DNA of 64,000 bases, taken from Callorhinchus milii. Taxonomy: Eukaryota. Positions 25,321 through 37,889 of the stretch are shown piece after piece (within the stretch, counting starts at the first letter, position 1; each line of letters opens with the position of its first letter). Location of the stretch: positions 89,840,001-89,904,000 of the forward strand of contig NW_024704743.1 of the NCBI RefSeq assembly GCF_018977255.1, written 5' to 3'. The notes beneath the pieces were generated by a model that saw nothing but the letters and a program-made list of their open reading frames with translations, did no database searches and was not told the origin of the DNA. The translations under genes were made by a program, and so were the position numbers.

Positions 25321-25640
25321 TGGAGTCCTGTGGCATATTGGTTGGAGCACTTACCTCGCAAGCAAGAGGACCTGGCTTCTATTCCCGAGCAGGACAAAAC
25401 ATTAGGCAAGTTTCCTTAGTCCACACATCTCTGTTTACATAGCAGTAAATAGAAACCTGGTTGTTAGTCAATTGGCAAATCGCTTTTCCGGGGGTAATAA
25501 TCCATTCAAAAATAAATTGGCTGCTACATTTTGCGCACAAAATATACAGTTAATTCACTTTGCAGTATATTCTGTGAAGCGCTTTGAGACGTTTCAAAGA
25601 TGTGATAAGGCGCTATATCAAATGCAAGGATGATTATTAT
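25321..25640 (+). mobile_element. tRNA-derived SINE (long form)
   Basis: tggagtcctg head through atcaaatgcaagg tail. Confidence 0.85.
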
Positions 25641-26255
25641 AGTTTGCTATTGAAAGCAATGTCTGGCAAGCTTCCCACTGCTGTTCCAATTAGGACCATT
25701 ATTACAGCTTTGGCTTTCATGGTTTCATGGAGCTAAGTGGGAAGAGTCCCTACTCCCAGTAACTGGATTGCTCCTCAATGTCCTGTCAGAGAGCCAAGAT
25801 GGCTGATCTGGAGTATTGCCGACCTGCCTGGCTCAAGAACCGCCATTGAAGGTTGACTCAATTCTGATGTTCCAAGCACTTCAACATGCGCTCAGCTCAG
25901 CTGCAAGGGGACCCCGTTTACCTCTCCCCAAAGAGGATAGGATCCTAGTTGGTGATTGATTCAAGTGGACCTTGCTGTTGCTATTATAAAGAAATGTGGC
26001 ATCTTTCTCCTGGTTATCCCAGTTTATATTTCCCTGTTAATCCAAATATTAATTGCCGGTTCATCTCATTCTTATTTGGATGGGGTGGATTAGCTTCCAT
26101 GATTGCTCATAAAACTCCATTCACTTCATTTCTAATCAATTACATTTCACAGAATGCTTGCAGATTTGCAAATGCATGCCAAATTGACTATATACTGTAA
26201 ATGCATCTCTTGATGTCTGTCTCTGCAGTAAGGTTTCTACCTAAACCCAGCGTCT

Positions 26256-26879
26256 TGTTAGAACTCAATCTATTTGCAACTAATTGAGCTCTTTTAGAGT
26301 TTCAAGGATCGATCTCGACATACCAAACTGGTTGGAACAAGCATTTATTCAAAGTGCACACCTACGGTTACAGTTACTCAACACATTTAGTAACGAATAA
26401 TACAGAACAATACTACCGGGTCTAGTCGTCTTTACCACAGTCCGTCACTGCTCTGGAGATGCATCCATCTAACTTGCTAGCTCGCCTTGTCTTTTATACC
26501 TTCTAATCTACCTATATTAGACCTAATATGGTCTTGTTTGTTAACTTTCTGCTGACTTAGGGTTACTTAGGGCAAACCATGGTACCCCTGACCTGACCTA
26601 ATCATAAGGTATTTAAACAGTTTGAGATATGACATCATGTCATGTGCAACCCAACATAACATTGCCTTGTCTGCAATGATTTATTTAAGTCTACTCTGCT
26701 TCCCCTTAATGATTACCGAAAGAGAACTTCGACGTCTAACGTTATCTGGCTGCATCATGTTTTTCCTGCACACTCAAGAATAGTTCCTTACGTGCGGTTT
26801 AAGCCTTAGTTTCATACAATTGCTTTACAACATTAGCTATGTTCAAAACATGTCTTCCACAAATCTGTCACCCTTAACA
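26256..26879 (-). mobile_element. 3' LTR (about 624 bp) of an env-bearing LTR retroelement
   Basis: On the minus strand it begins TGTTA right after the purine tract AAGGTGGGGAC and ends TAACA; TATAAAA (26492-26498) precedes AATAAA (26344-26349) in U3-R-U5 order. Confidence 0.8.
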
Positions 26880-26930
26880 GTCCCCACCTTGAGACCGAAA
26901 TAACCATGAGGTCTCAAAAAAGAACATTCA

Positions 26931-27503
26931 TTAACTATCTCTGACCAACCTTGCTAAAGCTAACATATCAGTACGCTTCTGCTGGCGTCTAACAATTCTG
27001 CGTAATGTGCAGGTTAAGCATGTGACATACAAAAGTAATACTATTTGCATAATTACAAACACATATGATGCTAAACGCAACCAAGGGCTTTCACCTACAT
27101 TATATACTGTCTCCCACCAGCCGAGATCTTCTAAGTGTCCAATGCCTTCCTCAGTGTTTTGATTCTGTTGCTTTAACCATACTATTTGTTGCCGGGAGGT
27201 ATGGTCCCGCTCTAGTAAAATGCTTAGATCTAATGGCAAGGGTGGAATGGGGTATCCGAATTGAATGATATTTTGTAATGCCTCTCGATCTCGATCATCT
27301 AAGACATTAATTGTAACAAGGGAGTGTGTCAGGGGAGTATGGGGTGTGAGACACTCATCCCCAATACACAAATGATCATAAGTGGTTGCATTTCTGGTAA
27401 TATTTACACATCCGCTATGATATGACAGAGGATATGATACAATGTTTAAGGTGTATGTAAACTCACTAGTTGTAAAGCAGTATTCACCTTTTCCTATACG
27501 CAA
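26931..27503 (-). pseudogene. Env-like membrane glycoprotein, C-terminal part, of an LTR retroelement or ERV
   Basis: 190-codon open frame ending about 40 nt before the PPT; Cys-rich ectodomain with NIT/NAT sequons, heptad-like segment, WW membrane-proximal motif, hydrophobic TM, basic tail; upstream part disrupted by stops and frameshifts. Confidence 0.75.
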
Positions 27504-27859
27504 TACTGGTCCCTTGCCATATACATTCCACTACAATAGAACAGTGCGGGTCGCACCAAAGGTGAAACCCACAACCAGTTCTCCAAGTTTGACCCTCTGG
27601 GTATACCCTTTTACTGACCTTATTCTCATAATATCCAATAGTCTGCTGATCTTTATACAGTCAACTATTCCTGTGGATGGACTGGTGCTTGATTCCTGGG
27701 CCTGTCCCCCTTTCTTTGCTACCGCTTACTCAAAAGACTACTGCGAGCAGCAGAGGGGAGAGGCCAATCCTTCTCACGGCTTGCAAGCAAGAAAAAATTC
27801 CCTCTCTCCTCTTACACCCTTAGTGGCTTGTTTGGATGAATTACTGCCTAGCAAGCCAC

Positions 27860-28495
27860 AAAAGCGAGAGGTCCCAGGATCCGTGTTCAATTCTTGGGCA
27901 GGGCGAAACCTTATAATAATAATAATCCTTGCATTTGATATAGCGCTTTTCACGTCTTCTCGACGTCTCAAAGGGCTTCACAGAATAGACTGTAAAGTGA
28001 ATTGACCGTATATTTATGGGCGAAACGCGGCAGCCAATTGCGCACAGCAGTGTCTCACAAACAGTCGTAGATTGAAAATGACCAATTTACTATTGTTTTG
28101 TTTTGGAGGGATTATTATTAGGCGTGTGAAGGTATCGCCCTGCCTGGAATTGAACCCAGGTGTCTCGCTTGCAAGGCGAGTGCTCTAACCACTGAGCTGC
28201 AGGACTCCATTTAGGCAAGTTTCCTTACTCCACACGCCTCTGTTTACCTAGCAGTAAGCAGGAACCCGGTTGTTAGTCGATTGATGGATCACTTTTCGGG
28301 GGTAATAATCCCTTCAAAAATAAGTAAGTAATTTGGTCACTCGATCCATGACTGTTTGTGGGACACTGCTGTGCACAATTGGCTGCTACCTTTCGCCCAC
28401 AAAATATACACTTTGCAGTATAATGTGTGAAGCGCTTTAAGACATCTCAACAATGTGATACGGTGTTATATCAAATGCAAGGATTATTATTAGTA
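27860..28495. mobile_element. Nested SINEs: minus-strand SINE (27913-28209) inside a plus-strand SINE
   Basis: Host gggcgaaacc|ttaggcaagtttcc is split by a full antisense copy. Confidence 0.85.
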
Positions 28496-28544
28496 GTGAT
28501 ATTAAGGGATTCTAAAATGACAATGTATATAACAGATCCTCATT

Positions 28545-28825
28545 GTTCCCACTGCTGTTCCCTCCCTCCGCTCCATCATTGGAGGCCGTGCTTTCAGTCA
28601 CTATGCCCCCGGAACTTTGGAACACTCTCCCTCACTACCTCCGCCTTGAACCATCTGTCCCCTTTTTCAAGTCCCGGCTTAAAACTTTCCTTTTCAACCA
28701 TGCTTATGGTCACCTTCCCCAACCCCCACTCTGGCTCGGAGTCAGGCTCTGCCATTGTTAAGCTATCTGAGATGCTGGCCTGCGTGGAGGGCACTATATA
28801 AGTGCAAGTTGTTATTGTTGTTGTG
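28545..28825 (+). mobile_element. L2 LINE 3' fragment
   Basis: IGGRAF..LWNTLP..LKTFLF and (ttg)n tail. Confidence 0.8.
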
Positions 28826-29304
28826 TTGCTGTTGAATTTTACAAACAGCTATTTGAGAAAATGTTTAATATTTCATATCTCAAATTGCTCAGCATGCAGC
28901 AAATCAAACCTGTACAGACAGAAACATGAATAGCTATTGGCAATTGTGCTGTACTCGAATGTATTCAACTCACCTCTAGCTATTTTGTTGAGTCAGTTTC
29001 ATGGGCTATATTTATATGGAGCTGTATTTTCTGAGACAACGACATGTGAATTATTAACAATGAAAATTGCTGAATTCTATATTAAATAACATCGGTTTCT
29101 GTCAGGCATCAGCCACTGCAATTTCCGAAATGGAATAGCCATCCATGCAGAGTAATTATGTGTAAAATATTTTTCATGTTACTTTAGAATTAATAGCCTA
29201 TGTTGGAAAACATTAAAATGCATGACTTGAAATGATGTTTACTTTTTTATTATTTTTAAAGGCTTGAAAATTTAAATACATAATAAAACCTTTGATCTCC
29301 CAAC

Positions 29305-30030
29305 CACAACATTTGTATAGTACCTTTCACATTGAATGAGGTCCCAAGGCGCTGGACAATCAGGAATTTAAACGTGAGCTGGGTTTGGGAGGGGTGGAGG
29401 GCAGGGACTGTAGGGATAGTAGGGTGACTGAAGGCGCGGTTGAAGGGGAGGGTCTTGAGATGTGCATTGAAGGAAGTGAGGGAGAGAGGCAAAGGAACTA
29501 AGGGATGGAGGCCCCAAGGGTGCAAGCAGAGAAGCTGAAGGCTCGACTGACGATGGTGGGGCGGGCCAGGTGGGGGACGTGGAGAAGGCTGGAGTCTGCT
29601 GAGTGGAGGGAGAGGATAGGTTGATATAGGGTTAGCAGGTCACAGAAGCAGGAAGGAGCAAGGCTGTGGAGGGTTTTGAAGGTAAGGATGAGGATTTTGA
29701 ACTCTATCCTCTGGGGGATGAGGAGCCAGTGGAACCGGGCGAGGGTGGGGGTAATAGGGCCATGGAGCTTGGTGTGGAAGAGGATATGAGCTGCAGATTT
29801 CTAAATGATCTGCAGATTGTGGAGGATGAGTTGGGAAGGCCAATAAACTGGGAGTTAGCATAGTTGAGCCTAGATGCAATAAATACATAGATGAGGGTTT
29901 CAGTTGCCTGAGGGGTGAGGCAGAGACAGAGCTGGGCAATGTTGCGGAGGTTGGGGAAGGCAGAGCAGGCCATGGTACAGATATGGGGTAGAAAGGGCAG
30001 TTGAGTGTCAAGCAAGGTGCAAGTTTCCGG
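29305..30030 (-). mobile_element. L2 LINE fragment (3' part; continues at 31376-31770)
   Basis: DTQLPFLPHI..ETLIYVFIASRLNYANS; split by the CR1 insertion. Confidence 0.85.
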
Positions 30031-30084
30031 ACTTAGAGGGCCTCAGTCTTGTCTCATCCTTCCAGAGACTATAATCCAGGCAAA

Positions 30085-31377
30085 ATAAATTTTCACTTAG
30101 AAAAATATGGGTTAATAAAGGACAGTCAACACAGATTTGTTAAAGGCAAATAACGTCTAATAAACCTAATGGAGTTTTTTTGATGAAGTAACGGAGAGGG
30201 TGGATGAAGGTAGTGCAGTTGATGTAGTTCATATGGATTTTCAAAAGATGTTTGATAAAGTGCCACGTAAGAGACTTGTAAGCGAAATAGAAGCCCACGG
30301 TATTAAAGGAACAATGGCAGTATGGATACAGAACGGGCTGGGAGACAGAAAGCAGAGAGTGGTGGTGAACGGTTGATTTTCTGACTGGAGGGAAGTGTAC
30401 AGTGGTGTCCCCCAGGGGTCAGTATTGGGACCACTGTTGTTTTTCATCTATATAAATGTCCAGGGAGTCCAATTTCCAAGTTTGCAAGCTAGGAAAAGTA
30501 GTAAACAGTGAGGAGGATAGTATCAGACTGCAAATAGACATAGACCGACTGGTAAAATGGGCAGAGACGTGGCAGATGAAGTTTAATGTGGAGAAATGCG
30601 AAGTGATGCATTTTGGGAGGAAGATTGAGGAGAGGCCATATAAGCTGATGGCAGAATCTTAAAGGGGGTGAAGGAACAGAGAGACCTGAGGGCTCATATA
30701 AGTAAATGTTTGAAGGTGGCAGAACAGGTAGATACAGCTGTTAAAAAAAGCATACGGGATACAAGGCTTTATATATAGGGGCATAGAATACAAAAGTCAG
30801 GAAGTTATGATGAACCTTTATAAACCATTGGTTAGTCCTCAGCAAGAGATTGTTCTGGACACGACACTTTAGGAAGGATGTCAAGGCATTGGAGAGGGTG
30901 CAAAGGAGATTTACCGGGATGGTACCAGGAATGAGGGACTTCAGTTATGAGGAGAGGCTAGAGAAGCTAGGATTATTCTCCTTAGATCAGAGAAGGTTAA
31001 GAGGAGACTTAATAGAAGTTTTCAAAATTGTGAGGGGATTTGATAGGGTGAATAAGGAGAAACTATTTCCACTGGCGGGTGGGTCGGTAACCCGAGGGCA
31101 CTGATTTAAAATAGTTGTTGAAAGAAACAGAGGGGAGGTGAAGAGAAATTTGTTCACAGTGAGTTGTTTGGATCTGGAATGCATTGCCTGAATGGATGGT
31201 GGAAGCCGATTCGATAATAGCTTTTAAGAGAGAATTAGATAATTATTTGGGGAGGACAAGCTTGCAGGGCTATGGAGAGAGAGCATGGCAAAGGGATTGA
31301 ATTGGATAACTTTTCAATGAGCCGGCACAGACACGATGGGCTGAATGGCCTCCTTCTGTGCTGTATAATTCTATGAT
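30085..31377 (+). mobile_element. CR1 LINE, decayed RT C-terminal part and 3' UTR
   Basis: [50 protein letters not shown]; attctatg tail. Confidence 0.92.
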
Positions 31378-31770
31378 CCAGGACTTGATGCCTGATAGAC
31401 AATTCGTCCAACAGCAGGAGTCGAGGGTGGAGGCAAAGAGAATAGTATCATCCGCGTATATGTGGAAGTTGACCCCATGTCTGTGGATGATGTCACCAAG
31501 GGGAAGCATGCAGATATTGAAGAGGAGGGGACCAAGGACAGAGACTTGAGGAATGCTGCATGAGAGGGTGCAGGGGCTGGAGGAGAAGCCGTTTGTGGAG
31601 ATGAAGTGAAGAAGGTGTGAAAGATACTATTTGAACCAGACAAGGACAGGACTGTGAAGTTGAGCTGAGAGGAGAGGTGGTGGAGGAGGATAGAATGGTC
31701 GACAGTGTCGAACGCAGCAGAGCGGTCAAAGAAGACAAGGAAACAGAGAGACCCTTCAGTCACAGGTAGA
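31376..31770 (-). mobile_element. L2 LINE RT fragment
   Basis: [23 protein letters not shown]. Confidence 0.85.
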
Positions 31771-31956
31771 CAAGATGGCCCACACCCACCCAACATGCCA
31801 GCAAACATAACCGTGTGATGTATTCAATTCAGCTTTTACTGCTAGTTAGAAGATCAAAGCATTACGAAGCCCAAGAGTCATGCTTTGAACTCGAAGATGA
31901 ATGTGATCTTGTCTTAGGTTACCAGCAGTGAGGACAGTACCAGAGAAGGAAGGAGT

Positions 31957-33206
31957 TCATAACCGTCTTCACTTTGTTTCCACGAACGGCTTTTCCTCCA
32001 GCCCCCGCACTGTCTCGTGCGGTGTCCTTCAGGGCTCTGTCCTCGGTCCCCTCCTCTTCACCCTCTATATGCTCCCCCTTGGTGACATCATCCGCAGACA
32101 TGGGGTTAACTTCCACATGTATGCGGATGACACCCAACTCGACCTTTCCTCCTCTACCCTCAACTCCACGACCACCAATGTCCTGACAGCCTGCCTGTCC
32201 GACATCGAGTCCTGGACTTTCTTCAGCTCAACGTGCGTAAAACTGAGGCCCTCCTGATTGGCTCACGTCAGCGCCTCCGCACCTCAGGCGCTGACAGCAT
32301 CAGCATCCAAGGCTGCACTCTCCACCTCTCAAAGCCAGTCAGGAACCTCGGGGTTCTGTTCGACCCTGAGCTGTCCTTTCTCCCTCATATCCGCATCACA
32401 ACTGGCACCGCCTTCTATCACCTCCGGAACATCGCCAGACTACGGCACTACCTCACCCCTCACGCTGCTGAAACTCTGGTCCACGCCTTTATCACCTCAA
32501 GGCTGGACTATGGGAACTCTCTCTTCGTCGGCCTTCCCGGCACCTCCCTCCACAAGCTGCAGGTCATTCAGAACTCTGCAGCTCGTGTACTGTCCCGCAC
32601 CAGGCTTCGGGAACACATCACTCCCACCCTCGCTCGCCTCCACTGTCTTCCCATCCCCCAGAGGATCGAATTCAAGATCCTCATCCTCACCTACAAGGCC
32701 ATTCACGGCCTCACTCCCTCTTACCTCTCCGACCTACTATCCCCCTACTTACCTGCCCGTACCCTCCGTTCCTCTGGCTCCGGTCTGCTCCATGTTGCCC
32801 GCCCCAACCGCCCTACCATCGGTGGTCGGGCCTTCAGCCTCTCAGCCCCTAGGCTCTGGAACTCCATCCCCCAGTGCCTTCGCCACTTCCTCCCTTTCCT
32901 CCTTCAAGGCTGGTCTCAAGACCTTTCTCTTTGACCGTGCCTTCAGCTCCCCTCTCGACTCTCTACCCCCTCCTCGCTCCCTCCCTTCCCTCCCCTTACC
33001 CTGACCATTTGCCCCCTCCTCACTCCCTCCCTTTCCCTCCCCTCACCCTGACCATTTCCCCCCTCCTCCCTCCCTCCCTTCCCTCCCCTCACCCTGACCA
33101 TTTCCCCCCTGCTCGGGTCCTGACCCAACTGTACAGCGCCTTGGGATGTCCTCCCAACGTGAAAGGCGCTCTATAAATGGAATCTTGTTGTTGTTGTTGT
33201 TGTTGT
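31957..33206 (+). mobile_element. L2 LINE, 5'-truncated, RT through 3' tail
   Basis: [30 protein letters not shown]; (ttg)n tail. Confidence 0.95.
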
Positions 33207-34936
33207 AGTCTGGCTCAGTTGTTAATACTCTCACCTCTGATTCACAAGATTAGTTTGGGTGAAGGAGTCATTTATTCCCATCTGATCTCATTCCTTCAAA
33301 ATACCCACCCTACTGTTCTCCTATCACAGCATTAAGCTGCATAACATGAGCATAGTTTTGATTGACTAATGCTCAGAAAATATCAAGCACAAAAGGATCT
33401 TACACTAAAAAAAAGTTAGCACTACATTTTCAAAATGGTTCATGATTTTGTGATTGGAAGCACAACATGTTGAATGATATTCTGCAGCCTGAACCTATAA
33501 TTGCACTGGCCTTTATAGTTATTATTCTTTATGCTTTGGAAACAATAAAAATGATTTAATAGTGGTTGCAGCAAGTGTACTTATCAATGAGGTTAGCAGT
33601 AAAGAAATTACTGTCTGGAAGAAAATAGACAGCTTGTCATCCCATTAATAATATTATTACAAACTTCTCCACAATGAAGATGAGTCGAGTTGAATTTTTT
33701 TGACTCTTTTGATCGGTGCCAATGTTTGCCACATACAGTAGAACCTGTTGCAACACTTGTCACTATAACACAGGGTTGCTTAGAACACCATCGTGTTAAG
33801 GACCCCGACATTTTTGTATCTAAAAACCCAAAGTTCCGACATCGAGCTATCCAAATCCGTCATGTAATACTTAAAATTCTGTAGTGTGCTTCAAATCACA
33901 TCAATGCAATAACATTCTTTAAAGTTTTCTACGTGTTTTGAAGCGAGTTGTGCACCGATGGAGCTGTGTGAGATGCAATAGTAGTCAACAGGAGCAGTGG
34001 TATCACCATTCATGTGATTGCTAACATCGGGGCGATTGGACCCCATTGTACAAATTTTTAGGAATAATAATAATAAATCTTTCATTTGATATATCAAGTT
34101 AAAAACATCTCAAAGCATTTCATCAAGTTTGTCTGTAAAGTACAGTGACTGTGTATTTCTAAGTGAATGCAGTAGTCATATCCCACAAACAATCACAACA
34201 TTATTGGCCATTTTTTATTGGCGATTGTCGGCCAGGACACAGGGTGTAACTCCCTTCTCTTTTCGACTAGTGACATAGGATCTATAACATCTATCTGAAT
34301 AGGCAGACTGGACTTTAGTTTAACATTTGTATTTGTATGCCTACAAATATAGTACTCCCTTTAGATACACCTTTATTACCGAACATCCATCTATCATGTT
34401 CTTTGTCAGCAAGTCTCCTGTAAGAAGAGATCATTTATATGATGATATGGTGTTCCCTTTTGTGGAGTCAGTGTTGTTTGATAGCACAGTATACAATACA
34501 AAATTACATTTGTAAAGCGTATTTCATGTTGGGAGGACGACCCAAGGTGCTGTATAAACTAGATGGTCACAAGAGGGCAATATTCAATAGAGAAATAGAT
34601 ACGGAGACATCAGGGTTTAATTTGTGGGTTTGCTAAAAGGGCTTTAAGGAGCTGTGTATTTTGTGTTGTACGTGACAATGTGCAAACTGCACAAGAAAAA
34701 GAGGTAATACAACCACTGCCAAAGTATCAAATTTATTTTAGGAATAGAACCTTTAAGCTGCAAGTTGATGTTATATTTAATACCTTACTGTGTGTGCACC
34801 AAGTAATGGATTTCAGCAGAATCTTTGTGAATGCATCCCATTTATAATTAGGGAGGGCAAAATGCAAAAGTAAAACTGAGCAGTAAAGCTATGTGAGCAC
34901 AATTATTGACTGATGCTGCATTTGAGTGCAACATTG

Positions 34937-35309
34937 TGGAGTCCTGCAGTGTAGTGGTTAGAGCACCTGCTTCGCAAGCGAAAGGACCCGATTTTGTTCA
35001 ATCTGTTCGATTCCCGGGCGGAGTGAAACTGAGGCAACTTTCTTACTCCACACGCCTCTGTTTAACTAGCAGTGAATAGGAACCCGGTTGTTAGATGATT
35101 GGCAGATTGCTACTGGGGATAATGATTCAAAAAAGATTGGTCACTCAATCCATGACTGTTTGTGGGACATTACTATGTGCAATTGGCAGCTATGATTCAC
35201 CCACAAATTATACAGTCAATTCACTTTACAGTATATTCTGTGAAGTGCTTTGAGACATCTCAATGATGTGATAAAGTGTTATATCAAATGCAAGGATTAT
35301 TATTATTAC
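34937..35309 (+). mobile_element. tRNA-derived SINE (long form)
   Basis: Head, central domain and (tta)n tail. Confidence 0.85.
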
Positions 35310-35509
35310 ATACGCTTACAAAAACTGAATCACAACACTCCACTTATGCAGAACAACTATCCACTGCGACTAGCAACAAAATAATAGTTATAACACTGAA
35401 AGAGGAAGACATTTATTTCTCTGTATAGGATATGATATTCTGGGTCTGCTTTGGAGTCATTTATTTACTATAAACACAAATTATATGAACAATCTAGTCT
35501 TAGTAATTG

Positions 35510-36165
35510 AAGTAACAGTATCGAAATTTGCTGATGAAACTGAATGGAGGAGTGGACAATTATGATGAGGTTTATTGACTCAAGAAGGACAGATACAAAA
35601 CTAGTAAGGTGGGCAGGTAAGGGGCAGATGCAGTTCAATGTTGCAATATATGCTGTGGTACATTTTAGTAGTAGGAAGAGGGAAAGGAAATGTACCTTAA
35701 ATTGTCATGGAAAAAACAAATCTATTCATCAGATTTATATCCAGAAATAGCAAAGCAAGAAGGTAATATTAAAATTGTACAAGGCCTTAGGTCACAATCA
35801 TATTGTGAACAGTTCCCATTCTCGGAAGAAAATAAAAAGTAAAGAAGTGAAGAGTCTATTGTACCAATAGATTTCTTTGCAATCATAGATGATGAGTTTC
35901 AGTTATGAAAAAACAGGAGGTTAAAGGGTGATTTAATAAAGGTTTTCAAGATTATGAAGGATTGTGACAAGTTACAAAAAATACAAAAAAGTTGCACAGA
36001 ATAACACATAAGTTACACTGGTTGAATAACTAAAGGCCACAAATTTAAGATAATGTTGAAATAATTAAAGAGATTAGAAAACATTTCCTTACATGGTGGT
36101 TGAAATGTGCAATTATCTGGCACAAACCATGTTGAAGCAGTCCATAAATTATTTTCAAGATGTTG
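35510..36165 (+). mobile_element. Old degraded CR1 LINE fragment
   Basis: SKFADE, WAGKGQMQFN, RLKGDLIKVFKIMKG remnants. Confidence 0.7.
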
Positions 36166-37221
36166 ACTGTAAGTTGGTCAATCTTATAGTTTACTTACTT
36201 TAAATAAATTCCCTGCTGTTTCAATGAAACAAAACTATTAATTATCAGCTTTCAAACACCAAGATAATGAAGCTCACAGAGACAGGTATTTATTTTTTAA
36301 TGATATCTTTTATATAGGAACGTGCATGTTACAGAAAGATAACATTACCAATCTGGGAAACAGTTTGTTCTTAACAATTGTATCTCTGGAGGCTGTTTCA
36401 ACGTTCCACTGCTTGGGACCCAATATTTAAAAATCATTTTCCTTTGATCTTGTCCATAGTCCTCCCCTTTCCAATCAATCACTTTCTTTCAATCGTATCA
36501 TAAAAGTCACCCTCCTTTTCCACTCCACTCCATCATAAACCACATATTAAAACATCCCTTTGTCTTCCTGACCTCATTAATAAAGCAAGAAATAAAAAAG
36601 AGATTAGATAAGAAACATCTCTTTCTAAACATGATCTACTTTCCTGAGGTTAATTCTATCATAAACCACCATTTACCACTTTGTTTATCCATCGCTCACT
36701 TAAACATATGTATTACATTCTTTCTTGTCATAAACATGGACAACCAGGGAAGAATGACACATACCGATCACTTAACTTGTCAAAACATGCTGACTTGAAA
36801 CACAACACATGGAAAAAACTGTTTACATCAAAGATTTACACAAAGTTTTCTTTAATAAACCTTCACTTAAACAGAAATAAAGAAGTTAAAAAAACTTCTA
36901 TTAGTAAAACACATAAAAACAGAATACTAATTTTATCAAAATGAAAAAAGAGTTAAAATACTGAAATACAATTATATAATTTCTATCTAACAAAGCTTAA
37001 CAAGAACACACATACATAATACCCTATGCATTATTCTTTAAAAATAATTCATCCAGAATGCTTCAAATGTGAATATGAGAGTATGGAGTGTGAGTGTGAA
37101 ATTGCGATTAGATCAGGTGACCAACAATGATCAGAGATAACCATCAGCACAGAAGTGATAGATTGAATGGTCTGGTTTCTGTGATGTAACATTGTAAGAT
37201 TTTATGATACGCAACAAACAG

Positions 37222-37785
37222 TAACAACAGTAACTTGCATTTATATATTTTTTTGTTTATGGTGGAGCTGGGGAGACCAACGAGGAGGGCATTAGAATAG
37301 TCCAGCCGGGAAGTGAGGAAGGGATGGACGAGAGTTTTGTCAGTCGTGAGGTATGGACGGAGGCAGGCAATATGACAGAGGTGGAAAGATGCGGTCCTGG
37401 GCAGGGAACGAATGTGGGGTAGAAAAGAAAACTGGGGATTGAACCTGACGCCTAAATTGAGCACAGGTACTCAGATTCTGAAGCAGATCCTGTGCAGGTG
37501 GAGGAGTTCAGACCCTCAAGAGAGAAGACATTGATGGGAGCCAAAAAGTATGCCTTCCTTCTTGCCGACCTTCAGCTGCAGGAAATTTGCGCTCATCCAG
37601 GCCTTGACATCCATCAAACAAGCTGACAGGACATCAGGGGACTGGGAGTCGCAGCTGGAGGAGGAGAAGTAGATTTGGGTGTCATCTGCATACATGTGGA
37701 AGTTAACCCCATGTCTTTGCATGACATCACTGAGAGGGAGCATGTAGATGAGGAAAAGAAGGGGGCCAAGGATGGAGACTTGTTG
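37222..37785 (-). mobile_element. L2 LINE fragment
   Basis: [20 protein letters not shown]. Confidence 0.85.
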
Positions 37786-37889
37786 TACCTCACAGGTAGT
37801 GAGAAACTTTTATCCAGAGGTGAGAGGAAGAAACTCAGCCAGCCTGACAACTGGCTGTGGTGAGAGGAAAAACCATTGGGAAACAAAGG

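Noticed and set aside
26931..27503. Domesticated syncytin-like fusogen cooperating with DC-STAMP
   Set aside because: Only the C-terminal part is open, there is no ATG start (the ORF begins at TTG), no signal or fusion peptide in frame, and proximity to DCSTAMP is the only link
27442..28005. 187-aa plus-strand ORF as a gene
   Set aside because: It is the antisense of the env remnant running into SINE sequence; no recognisable protein features
32258..33004. Long Pro/Ser-rich ORFs (also 19171, 37936, 57725, 62530)
   Set aside because: Alternative frames of C-rich L2 sequence
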